In this document: positions 62,313-64,000 of the stretch, in pieces | How positions within the stretch are numbered: position 1 is the stretch's first letter | Layout: each line of letters opens with the position of its first letter | From: Phoronis australis | Lineage: Eukaryota > Animalia > Phoronida | Assembly: GCA_002633005.1 (NCBI GenBank) | Contig: NMRA01000073.1 | Coordinates: 706,150-770,149, forward strand | Direction of reading: 5' to 3' | DNA: 64,000 nucleotides | The notes under the pieces: generated by a model | What the model saw: the letters and a program-made list of their open reading frames with translations, nothing else | Told to the model about the DNA's origin: nothing | Databases searched by the model: none | Program-made: the position numbers and the translations under genes

Positions 62313-64000
62313 CTGCAAGAAATATTTAGAAAGTTAACGTATAGCAGTTTGGCGAAATACAACTGGTTCCATGAAGTGAAATTTCCATCAAACTTTTCAG
62401 GAAAAGGTTCTGTTCTATAAGTAATATGCAAAATTGACAGTTTTTTATTTAGGATATGAAGGTCATTAAGTTATTACCAATATCTGCACTGGAAACTTAT
62501 ATAAGAAAACCAAGAAATGTACCCAATGGAAGTCATATAATACAATACAACAGAATAACCAATAACAAGGAAGGACAATTCGGTTGTTAGGTGATAATGT
62601 ATGTGGACAATTTGGACAGTATAATAGAAGTGCAGTCATGTCACATTGTCAGAATTTCTGCAGGTCATGTATTTTTCTGGTTCATAGAACTTGAGGGAAA
62701 CAATTTAGCACTTGAAATTATTACAAAATTATGTGTTTCCATTAATAGGTCTGTTCTGGCTATGGTGCACACATTGTACACTTGGGGAGTTGAGAAAGAT
62801 TACGATTGACCTGGTCCATGAGTCAGGTAATAATTTTCCAACACCTTAGCAATTTACAGCCATACATAAACAAAAAAATTATTGTTTTTAATTTCAGCAT
62901 TTTCATTCTATTTGACTAGGTCCAAAACGTCAAAATGATGTTATATTAAACAAGCAAATAGAAATGAAAACTCTTGTCAGCATAGTTTGTACCATTATAT
63001 TATACTGGGTCAACTGGCAGAGGAATACTGTTTATTCATGTATATTGGCAAGTTATTTATAAGCAATGCTGTTATATATAAAGTTGATGGTAAGGAAATG
63101 AGAAATGTGGACATTGACGTAATGAGAATCATCGATAACGATTTCATCATTTCAGAGATGCCAAACACGAGATAAAACTGAACCATTAGACATGGCCACA
63201 GAACAATGTACAATGGGAACTGAAGATAAGAGACATACGGTATCACCACATGAATCTAGTCACACTGATTGAAGACAGGTATGATAAAATGACACAACAT
63301 GACAGACAAGTAAAATCTTATTTCCTCATTTATCCGTATAAGCGACCCCAACGAAACACAACCCTTCACGATTAAGAACTTCGATATATGAGCTATAACA
63401 CAATGTTTGGAAAATTCGTGAACATGTATTCAGATGCCTGTTTGAAAAATGACAACAACACAGCAATTCATGGTAATTATATTTGATCATACTCTGAGAT
63501 TTTACCACAGGCATGTAGGGTATATAGATAGCATGCACTCTTGTGTTTGGACAGGTGAACAATCTGTTCCTAGCACAGGTACAATGGAATCTTGTTGGTG
63601 ATAACAATGGGTTAAGCTGATAATAGGTGAAACCTATCTTCACTTTAGGACAAGCTGAGGCTATTTTGCTCAATGGGGCTTCATCAAACAAACATGTTCA
63701 GACTTTGAAGAATAAACCTCTTACAACAGGGCATTCAAAAGTAGGATGAAACAAAACCAGATGACGTAAAATTGCCTTTGAATCATTAATTAGATTTAAA
63801 TTATTTAACTAAGATGTACTTTCCCATCTCCTGATTTCCAGACAGTGACTCTGCAGCATTATTCAGTCAAACTAAGGTCACTGCCTACCTTCGTCATTGA
63901 GGGCCATGGTTCTTTTAATGTCTTTTGTAATATTGATTGTTAGTATGTAAAACCATATATTTTCCGAATCCTTGATAATCAGGAAGTTGATAATGTGAGC

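Noticed and set aside
63200-63260. GDTV peptide as the missing SH3 exon 2
   Set aside because: In-frame stop just upstream and no suitable splice sites.

Overview
AT-rich metazoan genomic DNA, probably a marine invertebrate with a heterozygous draft assembly. Almost the whole window is one minus-strand, intron-rich gene encoding a DOCK-B family (DOCK3/DOCK4-like) Rac GEF. I reconstructed 36 core coding exons by hand (62312 down to 1; 4708 nt, about 1570 codons). All have GT-AG junctions with matching phases, and they run from the SH3 domain through DHR-1/C2 to DHR-2 (VDAAVNGG). The first exons and the 3' end lie outside the window. A complete, antisense, 3-exon Ly6/uPAR (three-finger, predicted GPI-anchored) gene is nested in the intron at 21216-25770. 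Other signals are a U12-type intron (1440-2588), three candidate frame-preserving microexons (15, 18 and 27 nt), and candidate alternative first exons that would give N-terminally truncated DOCK isoforms. Three tandem duplications next to N bases are probably uncollapsed haplotypes. Intronic repeats include tRNA-derived SINE-like elements, MITEs, HINE-like elements with roughly 145-bp internal repeats, minisatellites and decayed RT-like fragments. Most listed six-frame ORFs are spurious or are exon read-through.
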